From: the human T2T-CHM13v2.0 reference genome, Homo sapiens
Reading direction: 5' to 3' (one strand)
DNA: 64,000 nucleotides
NCBI RefSeq assembly: GCF_009914755.1
Contig: NC_060939.1
Shown: positions 10,816 through 23,521 of the stretch, piece after piece
Layout: every line of letters begins with the position of its first letter
How positions within the stretch are numbered: position 1 is the first letter of the stretch
Made by a program: the position numbers and the translations under genes
The notes under the pieces: generated by a model
Database searches by the model: none
What the model was told of the DNA's origin: nothing
Seen by the model: the letters and a program-made list of their open reading frames with translations, nothing else

Positions 10816-12426
10816 AATGCCCAGAGCTCCCCTTCCTGCTAGTCTGCCCTCTCCAAGTAGATATCCAGTAAGTCTTCCTGTTCTGGGCAGCTCTGGCTGT
10901 TAGAGAGTTCTTCCTGTGGAAACCTGTGTCCTCACTGAAACACGTGTCCCTGTGACTTCCAGCTGTCAGTCTGCTTGAGGGCTTTGCAAATACTCAAACC
11001 TCATACCTCTGTCAACTCCTTAACAGAACTCTCTATCCTCCTTCCTCAAGCTTCATCGCTCATCAAAGGCCACAAGTCTTTTCTTCTCCTGGACAGATTC
11101 CTTGGAGCCCTTCCATGAATCCTTCTGTAACAGGAATTTGGAACTTCTTGGCCAGGCTCCCTGTTCTTCCTCATGATGGCATTTCACTGTGGGCCCTGAG
11201 CATCCCAGAGTTTAGTGGGCTCTCTGCTCTCTCACCATGGATGCTGTTTCTATGGCCTCATTTGGGGTCTGGATGTCCTCATCTCACTGGTGACATGTGG
11301 GTTGTCAGGTCCCCCAAGCCTGCTAGTTATTTTCACACATACCACTAATTTCCCATGTGGACATCAACAGTGACCATGGACCCAGCTGAAAAAGTGCATT
11401 TTTGGGGTTTTATTTTCCTGCCAGAAGGGATTAAAAGTATTTCCTCCTGTTAAACATTATTTTCAACCACTTGCCATCAATGTTAACATCCTCAACAAGA
11501 CCTGGCTTTATGCAGCATGAACTGGTTGGCTTCCCTACAAAGAGGAATTTCTGGGTCTGAGAAGGCCTCTCCATGCCCCAACCCCCAATACTTCTCTTGT
11601 CTGCAGGTGAAGCTTGGCGTTTCCCCATTAGCACATCATTGATTTTGTAAGGCTTTGGGCCTGGTTAGGATACTCATGTGCCCTTGAATGGGAGGTGGGT
11701 TTACATCATGCTCTATTCTTGGTCATTTATGCCACGTGTGGGGACATGAAGGTTTTTAAGGTCAAAGTTTGATAGAAGGTGAAAGAGAGCCGCTAGGAAG
11801 GCCTGGTCTTGAGCTGGGGTGGGAAAATAGACAAAATGGAAAGCACAAAGTTCAACTTCACTCTTTTGCCTTAAATGAGGTTGAGATGGTTCTCTCAATA
11901 CTCAGTGAATCTTATGCTTTTCAGTGCCCATTGTACAATGCCACCGCTTCTCAGAGGCTCTGCCTTCCTCACAGCATGCTAAGGTCCTTGGCTTCTCTTG
12001 TGTTCCTCTCTGAGCCCCACTCCAGGCCTGGTGCTCCTTTCTCACACATTCCTCGACTAGGACCAGATGATCCATGGAGACTCAGCCCTGGTCTTCCTAT
12101 GGGCTGCACTCCGAGATGGGGGGACTCATCCACTCCGAATCACCAGCAGCTACCTCGGGGCCCCCTGCGACACTGATGAGCCAACCAGCGTGTTTGTTTA
12201 TGTGCCCACAGTAGTGGGAGGGCCTTTTGTGAAGGGGAGAGGCAGCTTGGCATTACTAGAAGGACATGTTCAGACACCCAAGGATGTGTGTGCCAGGACC
12301 AGAAACACTTCCCTTCCTGGGAGACAGGAAGGGCTGGTGGAGGAGTTGGAACTGCTGGAGGACATTCCAGGCACAGCATGGGATATGACTTGTGAGCGGG
12401 ATGGAGCTCAGTGACAGGAAGGAGGT

Positions 12427-12970
12427 TGCCACAGTCGATTTTATGTATCAACTTGACCAGACCAAGAGATGCCCAGATAGCTGGTAAAACATGATTGCTG
12501 GGTGTGTCTATGAGGGTGTCTGGAAGAGATTAGCACTGGAATCCATAGACTGAGTAAACATGATTGCCCTCACCAATGCAAGTGGGCATCATGAGGGCCT
12601 CTGAGAACCTGTTTACAACAAGAAGCAGAGGAGGGGCGAATTTGCTCTCTGGGACATTCCTTTCCTCCTGCCCTCATACAACGGTGCTCCGGGTCCTCAG
12701 GCCCTCAGACTCAGTCTAGGACCAACAGCATCAGCCCCACAATTCTCAGGCTTAGGACTCAAACTGGGACTTACCCCACTGGTTCCCTTCTTAGGCCTTT
12801 GGACTGAGATTGAATTACTTCACTGGCTTTTCTTGGCCTCCAGCTTGCTGACAGCAGACTGAGGGACTCAGCCTCCCTAGTCACATGAGCTGATCCCTCA
12901 TCATAAATCTCATTTTGTATATCTCTATACATCCTACTGGTTCTGTTTCTCTGGAGAACCTGCTAGCACA
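12427..12970 (+). mobile_element. MLT2 (ERVL) solo LTR, MLT2C/D-like
   Basis: Starts attttatgtatcaacttgacc...gatgcccagatagctggtaaaacat and ends atcctactggttctgtttctctggagaacc...aca. Confidence 0.85.
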
Positions 12971-13049
12971 GAGAGAGATAGACAGATGGGGGAAGTGATG
13001 GTGGGAAGGGTGGCGGTGTGGAATGGGTCTGAGTGAACTAGCAGGTTCA

Positions 13050-13690
13050 CAACAACTATTAATGATGACTCTTGTATCTCAAGCACTTCCTATGTGTCAG
13101 ACACTGGGCTGACTGCTTAATATAAATAATCTAATTTCACCCTCCCTGCAGATGCTTAGGAGTGACAGGATGAAACTGATTTCCTCATTTACTTGGGAAT
13201 ATTCACATAGTAAGCTGCTCTACCTTCTTCCAATAGAGAATTCTGAATATACCCTCTGAGCTTACCTCCTCCAACCTTCTCCTAAAGTGGAGGGAGGGGT
13301 AGGGAAGGGGAGGAGAAGAGTCCTGTGCACATGGCACTGCGGGGAGCACTTCATGATCACACTGTGTGAGATGTTTCAGAGCAACTGGGGAGATGGCAAG
13401 AGGATTGGGGAGTGAAGAAAGCGATTTTGCGGGGGAAAGTTATTGTGTATAATTTGAGAGTTTCTAGTAAAAATGGAATTCCTTCTCAATTATTTTTGGC
13501 TGCAGAATTGGACTGGACCACATGGGGCCCTGAATTTATAAAGGTTACATAGTTGTGATTGTCTTTATTTATAGATGAGGCAACGAATGCTAAGAAAAGT
13601 TAAGTGATTTCCTCAAGACCACGCTGCTAGAAGCGATGAAGTCAGGACTTGAACATGGGCCGCCTGCCTCTGCGCAATGCACTTGCTCTC
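13050..13690 (-). mobile_element. MIR split by an insertion at 13163-13549
   Basis: Tail (aagcacttcctatgtgtcagacactg) at 13080; core (atagatgaggcaac...aagttaagtgattt) resumes at ~13550. Confidence 0.65.
13163..13549 (-). mobile_element. Ancient LTR-like element (MamRep605-like)
   Basis: TG...CA termini. Antisense start tgtaacctttataaattcaggg...gtggtccag. Cleanly interrupts a MIR. Confidence 0.5.
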
Positions 13691-13899
13691 TCTGCTGCAT
13701 ATTTCCCGGGTCTAAATAAGTGAGAGAAACATTTCCTCATAGACATTTAGACACAGAAAAGACACAGAGCCATCCCTCCCAACTGTTTGATCAGTAGAGA
13801 AACCAAGGACCAGAGGAAGGGAATGACTGGCCCAAAGTCAGATGTGGAATGCGACCTCGGATGGACCCCAGCTTTCTGCCCCAACGAGTGTGATTCTCT

Positions 13900-14105
13900 G
13901 TGCTGAGGGCTTACCATGAAGCAGACACTGTGCCTAGGGCTTTACAAGCAACATCTCTTTAATCTCTAACAGTTCTCAGAGGCAGGTGACACTATCCCCA
14001 ATTTATAGAACAGGAAACCTAGTGGCTTGCCTGCATTCATACAGCTCAGAAATAGCAAGGCTGGAATTTGAAACCCAGCCTCTTTGACTCAAACCCACGC
14101 TTATC
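13900..14105 (-). mobile_element. MIR
   Basis: ctatccccaatttatagaacaggaaac...ggaatttgaaacccag. Confidence 0.7.
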
Positions 14106-14879
14106 AACAGCTCTTTCTCCCCCTGGCTTTCTTGCTTATGGTTACTAACATAATAGAATGCTTTTGGTTCTCTAATTTCAATGTCTAAAACAAAATTATA
14201 CTCTATTTATAGTCAGGTCAAACATCTAGGTAGAAACAAACACTTTTCATGCAGAATTTGAAATTGTTTGTAATTATTTTCAGAGAGGAAGGATGGGGAA
14301 GGTTGGGGTGTAGACAGGGCGAGGGACTAGCCTGCTGGGTGAGGTTTCTCAACCAATGATGCAGAACTGGACAGAGAGAGGCCTCTGGGAGTTATTTGTT
14401 TCTTCTTCTCCCACTGGAATCATGTTGACAAATTCATTCCTACTGTAAGGTGGGTGATTGACCTCTGCTTTACCCTGAGGATGCTGGACACCAATACTGA
14501 CACACATGTGCATGAACACATATTTTATTTATTGAACTGTACCATGCACAAAACAGCACATAGACATGTGCTCACCACACATAGGCCATTTCATTGCCTC
14601 ATCTCTGAAAGAGCAGATAGGCTGGATGAGCTCACAAAAAGCTCCCAGCTAAGGTGGGAAGGGATGTGCCTTTAGACAGGGGTAGATAAAGGGAGAGAGA
14701 AGGCTCAGAGGACCAAGTCATCATATCCAGCTGAGAAATCTGGAGGACTTCCTGAAGGACGTCAGATTTTTTATCAGGGCTTTAGAAGAAGAGAAATTCC
14801 TTGGCTGTCAGAGATGGGGAGAGGTGGATAGTGCAGATTTAGGGATTCTCCATGTATGTGTATATTTCTTCCTTTAAAA

Positions 14880-15060
14880 TATTTCCTTCTCTATCTTCCA
14901 GTTAAAAATCCATCAACAAAATTCCTTCAAGCGCTTTTGTCATCCTAAATTCTCTGATCTTTTTTTTTCCTTTGCTGAAGTTTATTGTTGATTTCTTGTG
15001 AAATAAATCATAATTGCCTACTGTCACAACATGAGAAGCACTTGACAGGCATCTATCCTG
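14880..15060. promoter_or_regulatory. Candidate PBX-HOX/MEIS enhancer module
   Basis: ATCCATCA 14908, ATAAATCA 15003, CTGTCA 15021, TGACAG 15043 in apparently unique AT-rich DNA. Confidence 0.45.
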
Positions 15061-15504
15061 AGATATCACTCAATGTCTGTCTCAGCCAGCTGGCTCTGGG
15101 GCTGGAGTAGGCGAGGGGAAGAGTCCAGCAGCCAGGCCCAGGGTCCCACGGCCCCCAGATCACCCCCCATCATCAGGCAGGATAGTCCCTTCCCCCAGCA
15201 TGCCCTGCAGCAGGGGAACAGACGTGTGCTACAAAGGCGGTTGACAAACTCCCACTCCTAAAAAAAAAGGCTATTTGAACAGCCCAAATTCCCATTCTCC
15301 TTCTGGGCAATTGGCAGTTTGTAAACCCCAATCACCAGATGACAAATTATTATAGGGAATGATCAATACATTTTTCAGTAGAGTTGGCATTTGGGGAAAA
15401 CAGACTGACATACAAAGAGACAGTCTTGGAAGTATTAATGTGCAGAGTCTACCAATTAATCAATAAGTAAATATTTCTTGAGTGCTTATGTGGATAAAAA
15501 GGAA

Positions 15505-15960
15505 GCATTGTGCAGTAATTAAAAGGGCTGGCTATGAAGTCAGATGGATCTGGGTTTGAATCCTTGATCCACACTTGTGAGGTGTAACCTTGGGCAGGTT
15601 GCTTAACCACTGTGCACCTCAGTTTTCTTGTTTATGTGAGGATGCTATTACTGCCTACTTTCTGGGATTGTTGTCAGGATTAGACAAGATAATGGGCTTG
15701 CATTACAATGTAGCTACAGGAAAGGATTTTAATTCTTCCACCACAAAGTAATGATAAAAATTTGAGGTGATGGATATGCTAATTAGCCTGATTTGATCCT
15801 TTCATAATATATACATGTATCCAAATATCACATTGTACCTTATAAATATATACAATTACTACTTGTCAATTAAAAATAAGATAAAACATTAAAAAATATA
15901 ATGTATATAAAGTTGGACAGTTCCGGGCATGTGATGGGCTCAGTAAATGCTGCTGCTGTG
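15505..15960 (+). mobile_element. MIR interrupted by an L1 3' end
   Basis: ctgggtttgaatcc...ccttgggcaggttgcttaaccactgtgcacctcagttttc; tail resumes at ~15898 (gctcagtaaatgctg). Confidence 0.7.
15711..15897 (+). mobile_element. L1MA-type 3' end, 5'-truncated
   Basis: tttgaggtgatggatatgctaattagcctgatttgatc...atcacattgtacc...ttgtcaattaaaaata. Confidence 0.85.
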
Positions 15961-16599
15961 GTCGATGTCACTGTACCTGCGCTCCAGGGGATGTTCAGGA
16001 GAGGACAGAGTTTGCAGCCTGCCAAAGTCTAAAATCAAACTGGAGAGACCAAACGCTGACATCACAGAAAATGGTAGAAAGCATCAAGTCAGAAATGTTT
16101 TGATTCTCATTGTGGATGCAACAGAAGCTTTGGAAGCAGTTGCTCATTCTGTGTGGCTGGATCGATCAGGGGAAGCTTCTGGAGAAAGCAGAGACTGACT
16201 GGGAGGATCTTGAAGGAAAACATCCATTGAGTACCTGTGATGGGTTGGCTGCTTTCAGGAGCTCTTCAAGGGAAGTATTCTTCAATCTCCAACTCACCCA
16301 TGGGGAAGCTGAGGCTTAGAAAGGTTGAGTCAGAGAGTTAGGAAACAGTGGGGTCCTGGTCAATGAGTTTATGGGGTTTCCATGATACTCTACGCTGGTG
16401 TATAGGGTGCAGGAGAAGGCATCCAGATCAAAAGGCTTAGCATCATCCTTTTCCTGTTGCTACCACCTTGAGGCAAGCCAGCACCATCAGCTCTCTGCCC
16501 TGGGTTCTTGCAGTGGCCTCCTGGATCTACCTCAGCTGCCCAATCTTAACAGAGCAGCCAGAGTAAGTGTACAAGTTGGGTCCTGGAACACTCAGAAGA

Positions 16600-16852
16600 G
16601 GAGCGTTTCAAAGAAGACTCCATTAGCCAAGAAACCAGCCAGGGATGGTCAAGCTCCTGGGGCAACTGGGACCCAGCAAGAGCTGGAGCTGTCAGAGGGG
16701 CCACCCACAGCAGCTGTGCCTTCAGTTGAGAGACACTGCCACCACCAAGACAATAAGCACCCCAACTGTTCCCTCCCCATGCCCTCCCATCTCCTGCCAC
16801 AGCTGCCCCTGGCTGAACCCAGCTGGAAGCCAGAGGGCAAAGAAGCTTGAAT
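16600..16852. mobile_element. ERVL LTR fragment (LTR33-like)
   Basis: tggctgaacccagctggaagccagagggcaa motif. Confidence 0.4.
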
Positions 16853-16919
16853 AGTATTGTCAAAGCAAATTTAATAAGACGTTAAGGAAGCTTAAGCCGC
16901 AGGCCTCTCACTTGCAGGT

Positions 16920-17503
<584 letters not shown>

Positions 17504-17689
17504 TCTTTTTTTCTTCTTTAAAACAAGGCCACACAAATTGTCTAAACTTTAAGCCTCCCAAAATCTGGATCTGCTCTGGGATGTAATTGTCTCAGATCCA
17601 TCAGTCTCCTGGGGCTCTGAGCAAGGTAGAAAGGATCTGATGAGCAGTGGGAAATTTTCGATCGGGACCTTCTTTTAAAAACCCAAGTT

Positions 17690-18255
17690 GTATCTTGCTA
17701 TTTCTCTTCTTAAAACCTTCTAATTATTACTTGGAAAAAGCCAAGGACCTTACTATGCCTACTAGGCCCTACATGGCAGAGTGGTGTCCTCCTTTCCCCT
17801 CCTCCCCGAATCCCTCTTGCTCATACAGCCCCCACCATGCGGGCCTCCTCGCTTTTCCCCAGTGAGCCAGACATGCTCCTGGATCCTCGCTCTACCCGCA
17901 GCCTGGAGTTCTCTTTCCCAGCTTGTGCTTACAGCTTTCAACTCTTGGTTCTAATGTCATCTTCCCAGGGAGCCTTCCCTGACCTCTGCCTTGAAATTGG
18001 GATGCCTCATCCCTGCTTTATTTTTCTCCACAGCACTCACCATCTTCTAATTATTCCATGTACTGTATTTATTTGTTTTGTTTCTTACCTGTCTCCCCTC
18101 ACTCCATTGTCGGCTCAAGGAGGGCAGAGATTTGTCTATTTCATTCACTCCTGCATCCCCAGTGCCTGGAATAGTACCTGGCTCATAGTAGGCACTCCAT
18201 AAATGGTAGCAGAATCAGTAGGTGCTCAGTAAATGCTGGTTGCGTAAATAAATAG
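17690..18255 (+). mobile_element. L2a 3' end
   Basis: ggagggcagagatttgtc...ccccagtgcctggaatagtacctggctcatagtaggcactc. Confidence 0.8.
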
Positions 18256-18599
18256 ACTGATGAAGGAGGGACAATGAGACAAGTTTCTGGGTCTAATAGG
18301 AGAACAGATGCACCAGACCCAGGGCTTTCAGTGCAGCAGGACTCCTGATCTTGTGGCTGGAGTGCCACAAAGGGCATGTGGGGGAAGCCCAGGGCTCCGG
18401 CTCAGGCAATTTGTCACTGAAGACTGGGCCTTCTCTATCAGCGCTTCTCAGACTCACCCATGCTCTGGGGGTGGTGCCTCAGGGAAGAAGAGGGAGTCCA
18501 CCTGCTCCAGGCAGAACAGATCTGTTTGGACTTGTTTTATATGTAAGGTTTTCAAGAACTGTTTTATTTGAAGAAAGATCTCTGGTTCAGAAAGGATTG

Positions 18600-18950
18600 A
18601 GCCCTCCATGATGCCTTGTCATTTCTTGAAGAGGGTGTCCCAAGGTGAGGACATGGCACGAACAAAAGCCTGAAGGGGAGGCAGGGGAGAGCGAGTAAAG
18701 CTTCCCGGTGTGGCCGAAGCCTGTGGAAAACCCAATTATGGGGATGGCAGGCTGAGCACGGGCCTCCAATGCCAAGGAGTTTGGACCAGATGCAGAAGGC
18801 ACTGAGGGGCTGTGTGGATTCTTAAGGAGGGAGACGTGGCAGAAGCAGCTGCTTGGGAAGACAGGGCTTGGCATTGCTATCCAAGATTGGATATCCAGCC
18901 GAGAGGACAGGGGAGGAGCTTAGAAGCAGTGAGGGATGTAGGGGACAGCA
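18600..18950 (-). mobile_element. L2 fragment
   Basis: gccaaggagtttggacc...gattcttaaggagggagacgtggcaga. Confidence 0.5.
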
Positions 18951-19122
18951 GAGGTAATGGGGAAGAAGGGGCCCATCAGTATTTCCAAGGACTCCCCTAA
19001 AGGTGCTTCAGAGCCCCCTGGTGCCCAGACCTGTACTGGGCTGTGTCTTTTGGATTCTGCTCCATGCTTGGTATCACCTGCCTTTCCCTCGCTTCTGAAT
19101 ATTGAGCAAACAGAGGTAAGAC

Positions 19123-19275
19123 CAGGGCCAGGATTAGAGCATGCCTCATGCACAAAACTTACAAGGAACCAGAAAAATTTAGTGATCAAGAAAAATAAAA
19201 TTTAAGTGAAAAATTTTAAAAACATCACAATTAATGCAAACAAAATATCAAAATTTCAAATAAAGACAGGGATCA
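19123..19275. mobile_element. MER96-like hAT-Tip100 fragment
   Basis: cagggccaggattag...agtgatcaag...caaaatatcaaaatttcaaataaagacagg. Confidence 0.55.
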
Positions 19276-19892
19276 GAAGAAACCAAGATGTCCTTCAGTA
19301 GGTGGAAGGATGAATAAACTGTGGTACATCCAGACAATGGAATATAATTCAGCCATAAAAAATGAGCTCCCAAGCCACAGAAAGACCTGGAGGAGCCTGA
19401 AATACACATTGCTAAGTGAGAGAAGCCAATCCAAAAAGTCTACAGACTGTATGATTCCAACGATAAGACATTCTGGAAAAGGCAAAACTGTGGAGACAGT
19501 GAAAAGATCAGTGGTTGCCAGGGGTTGGGAACAGGGGAGAGGGGAAAGAGATGAATAAGTGAGATCAGGGGATTTTGAGGGCAGAGGAACTATTCTGCAT
19601 GATGCTATCATGGTAGAGGCGCATCATTATAAATTTACCAAACCCACAGAATATACAACACTAAGAATGAACCCTAATGTAAACCGTGAACTTCGGTTAC
19701 TACTAAGGTATCAATACTAGTCAATACTATTGATATTAATCAATATCAATTCTAATGTGTCAATGCATACATTACAATACATTCATGAATTGGATGCATT
19801 CAATTGGATGCATGGGAACTCTGTATTTCCCATTTAATTTTTCTGTAAATTTGAAACTGCTCTAAAAGAATTGTCTATTAATTAAAAAAAAA
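19276..19892 (+). mobile_element. L1MC-type 3' end
   Basis: aataaactgtggtacatccagacaatggaata...cattctggaaaaggcaaaactgtggagacagtgaaaagatcagtggttgccagggg, then an A-rich tail. Confidence 0.85.
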
Positions 19893-20005
19893 TCAAAATT
19901 AAAGCAAAAAGGAATCCGTGATGAATAAAATATCAAAATTTCAAATAAAGATAGGACCGCTGGCCAGGATTAAGGTGAGAGAAGTGAGGCACTTATTTTC
20001 AAACC
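19886..20005. mobile_element. Second MER96-like fragment
   Basis: aatcaaaattaaagcaaaaa...gatgaataaaatatcaaaatttcaaataaaga followed by ggccaggattaaggtgagagaagtgaggcact. Confidence 0.5.
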
Positions 20006-22889
20006 TGTGCAAGTACAGGGCCCAATTCTGCACTTCCTGAACTGCAAGAGCCTTTAGAAGCCTCCTAGTCCAATCCTTGTCTTTTACTGATACAAGGGAT
20101 GCTGAGGCTGGGAGAAGGAGGGAGGGTTGCCAATCTCACCTGGTGAGGTTGCTGGAATCCTGGGTCAGAGCCACCCTCCAGCCCGGTCCCAGTCCTGCGC
20201 TCCCTGCTGCAGGTGGGTGACTTACTGTCCCATGCACCCTGTGTGGCCATGAAAAGGAAGGAGGAGGCTGAAGCTTAAATGACCCCTTGATCAAGTGCCA
20301 AATGACCTTGGATCTCACCAAGTGTTCAGGGGTTGCTTTATGAGAAGGCTTTCTTTGTGTCTCTCTTGGATATCACATCATAAATGGAGAAGTGGGACCA
20401 GTCCCCACATTCAGCACGTGGGCTGGGTGGGTCCTGACATCTTCCTGGGCTCTGCCCAAGCCAGACACTCCACGCTCCTGGGAAAAGCACCAAAAATGCT
20501 GCCTTTCCACTTCTTCCTCTCAGACTCCTAATGATCCGTTTCCAGCCCAGCCGAGAGCCTTCCCACTCTCAGAACGGAACAGTCCGGATGTTCAGAGGAC
20601 ACGCTTCCCCACTTGACGCTCACTTAGGGCACTCTTCAAGCAGACGCCTGACTCAAGTGGGTCTCTGGACTTCCCCTTGACTCATAGGGGCTTCCTTTCC
20701 ATCCAGGCCTGTGCGAGCCGGCCTCCTGTGCCAGAACACTCCCCGCTCTTCACAGACATGGAAGCCAAGAGGGGCTCTGAGGGCAGCTGGGCCTGACCTT
20801 GACTCCCGAGGGTCAGGAGGACGAGGCAGCAAACGCAGCCATTAGCTTGCCCACCTCCAGAGTCCTCCAGGGATCTGAAGAAGTGGCCTAGTCATGCCTG
20901 CTTGGTGTGATGGGCCGTGTTTCCTCTGATGAGCCTGTACCATGAAGGTCAGATTAAGGGGAGATTACAGGAGGATTCAGCCACGGCCACTGAGGTTGAG
21001 GATGGGCAGGAGACCCGCATGTCAGAGAGCTCAGGGATGGCGCTGCAGGGGTGGGAGCTAGACTTAGATGGCAGGAGCAGTCAGATTTGGAGAGGAAGAC
21101 ACAAAATATGCAAAGACAGTTTGGATTCTGAAGATTACAGGGGTGACAGGAAAGGGCCCTGAGCCAGGGGAGGGAGAGGAGGTGGATCTGGGGATTTCCC
21201 TTGGCGAGGACAATGGATGCTCTCTGACTTTGGAGATAACAGAGGATTCTAGGTGCAAAGAGCCAAATATGCAAACGAATGTAAAAGAAGAGGTGGGAGG
21301 GGCCCGGGAGAAAGGATTTCTAAAGGCATCCATCTCCGGGTCGGTCCTGCAGGCAAGGTGCGGGAGGCGCTGACACACGAGCAGGACCCTTGCTGGAGAC
21401 CAGGCTCCCTGGCCGGCTGGTGTTTCTCAGCTGTGAGGCACCTGCTGTTCATTCTTGCTGTTTTCGTAAGCCCCACTATCTTATATTTGCTCAAGCAAGC
21501 TTTCTTGCTGACACAGAGGGTAGGAGACAGTCCATAAGGTGTGATTCTGTGGGCATCACCTTAAAGACCATCATAATGACTTGGAGTCTGTAGGGTGGGT
21601 GACGGTCCCTGCTGTAGAGAAGAAGAGGCCAAAGTGCTGGGGTGTGCGTGGCTTGGGGTCAGAGAGGTCTGGAATGAAGCACCAGCTTGCCCCTGTGTGA
21701 CCAAAGCCCCCGGCCACATCCCATCTTGGTTCCCCTGTTGCTCATTGAACTAGATTCTGTTTTAAATGGTAAAATCCAGAGAAAGTAAATAGAATACAAC
21801 CAGGAACATCACTGGCAGCCCCACCCTACCACCCAGATTCCCTGAGCATTCACATTCAGCCTTATCTGCTCCAGCCTGTCTCGGCTTTTTTCCTCCCCTT
21901 TCCGGGTGGGGTTGAAGGTCCCTGTGCATCCCCCACTGCACATCCAGGTCCCCACCTCCCTCCTTGGAGTTGGCTACTGGGCGGGCTGAAGCAGGTACGA
22001 ACTGCCCCTCAGCTCTGACAGCCGTGAGTCAGCTGAGATTGCCGCTTCTTCAGTCTCCCTTTAGAGGCTGTGGACACAGGGGCTTCCATAGCAAGCTCCA
22101 GCCCCAGGGCCCTTCCATCCTTCCCAGACATCTCCTGAGGATAGAGGCCAGGTCCCCTGTGTCTTGTGTTAACCTCCCTGCTCCATGGAGGCCTAACACA
22201 CAGTCTGTGTGTCATGGGTGTGGTTGGATGACTTTGGCTGAAGGCCCCACTCTAGGCCCCTCCCGACTCCCTTTCTCCAGAGCTTGGCCCCAGGCTGGCT
22301 GCAGCGGGAATTGATTTCAGGGCCAACAGGTAGCAGCTCCTAAATGTCGGTTGCTCCCCTAATCCTGTCTCTGCAGTTCCTAGGTTACTGACACCCTCTA
22401 GGTTTATCATCCCTTTTCCAGAGAAGGTGTGGGTTTATTCTTCTAGAGCCCTCAGATGTCTTAATACGGTACATGACTTGTAAAGTTCACACAGCAGAGA
22501 CCTCACACACCGGGAACTTGGCTTCCAGCCAAGGGCTGAGCCAGGACCTGGAATGGTGGGTCCCATATGTGGGGTCTAAGTCAGGCCACATGAGCTGGGA
22601 GAGCCCAAGGGACAGCCAGTAGGGACCCAGGGTCATTGCTAAGTGAAGCCAAGGTCCTGGGCAAAGAATTTCAGCACACCTGGAGGCCTCTTTAGGTAGC
22701 ACAGGGCTCTGTTTCACTGCTAGGGGAAGTGAGGCTCATGCCAGCGCCATCCACTCATGTCTTTGCTTAGATAAGAAGTCAGGGCTGCTTCTCCCGCTAA
22801 ATGTCAGTCTCCCAAGCTGCCTTTCTCGCCTCTCATTTTTTGTCCTTAAGTCACGAGGACAGGATTCGCTGAGGCCCTGACTAGCTGTG

Positions 22890-23050
22890 ACCCCGAGGAT
22901 GATAGCCAGGCCACATTTGCTCTCTGATCAGAGGGAAGGATGATCCCTTCCCAACCTGGTCCTGCCACAGGGTGGTCAGGAGACACATAAGAGATGAGGT
23001 GTGTCACCCTAGGGGTGCTGTGCAGGCAAAGAGGATTAGAATTATTGCCC
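22890..23050 (-). mobile_element. MIR
   Basis: Degenerate MIR-like sequence (actagctgtgacc...; tail near 23040); strand and limits uncertain. Confidence 0.35.
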
Positions 23051-23408
23051 CCACCGTTGCAGGAAGACAGGCTCCTGGGCAGGAATGTTGTGAGCTCCAG
23101 GGGCACAGTGAGCAGGCCAGCCTGCAGGCCAGGGGTTTTCTGGGTAGTACCCAGGGAAGGACTAGGGCCTGGGGATCTGAGCAGGGTCTGCATTGCCCAG
23201 GTTTCTGGGGACCTGTCTGATGCCACCGCACGGAGCACTGGAGAGCTAGGCCCAAGCCCAGGGGTGGCCTGTCCCAGCAGCTACCTAGACCACTTGGAGA
23301 GGCCAGGAACCTCTGGGCAAGAAAACCTGATGAGATCCAGTTCAGGGCAAGGGCGGGGCAGGCACCGGGGTAGGGGGACAGGGATCTGCAAAATGTTAAG
23401 GGACCTCC

Positions 23409-23521
23409 TAGGGTGACCAGCTCTCCCGGTTTGGTCAGGACTGAGGAATCTCCTGGAATGTGGGACTTTTCTTGCTAAAATGAAAACAGTTCCAGACAAA
23501 CTGGGATGGTTGGTCACCCTA
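23409..23521. mobile_element. MER81 hAT-Blackjack MITE
   Basis: TIRs tagggtgacca...tggtcacccta; 113 bp; internal gggactttt...gctaaaa. Confidence 0.8.

Noticed and set aside
19273-19611. ORFs with L1-like peptide (MNKLWYIQTMEY)
   Set aside because: Remnant of the L1 ORF2 C-terminus and 3'UTR in a truncated element
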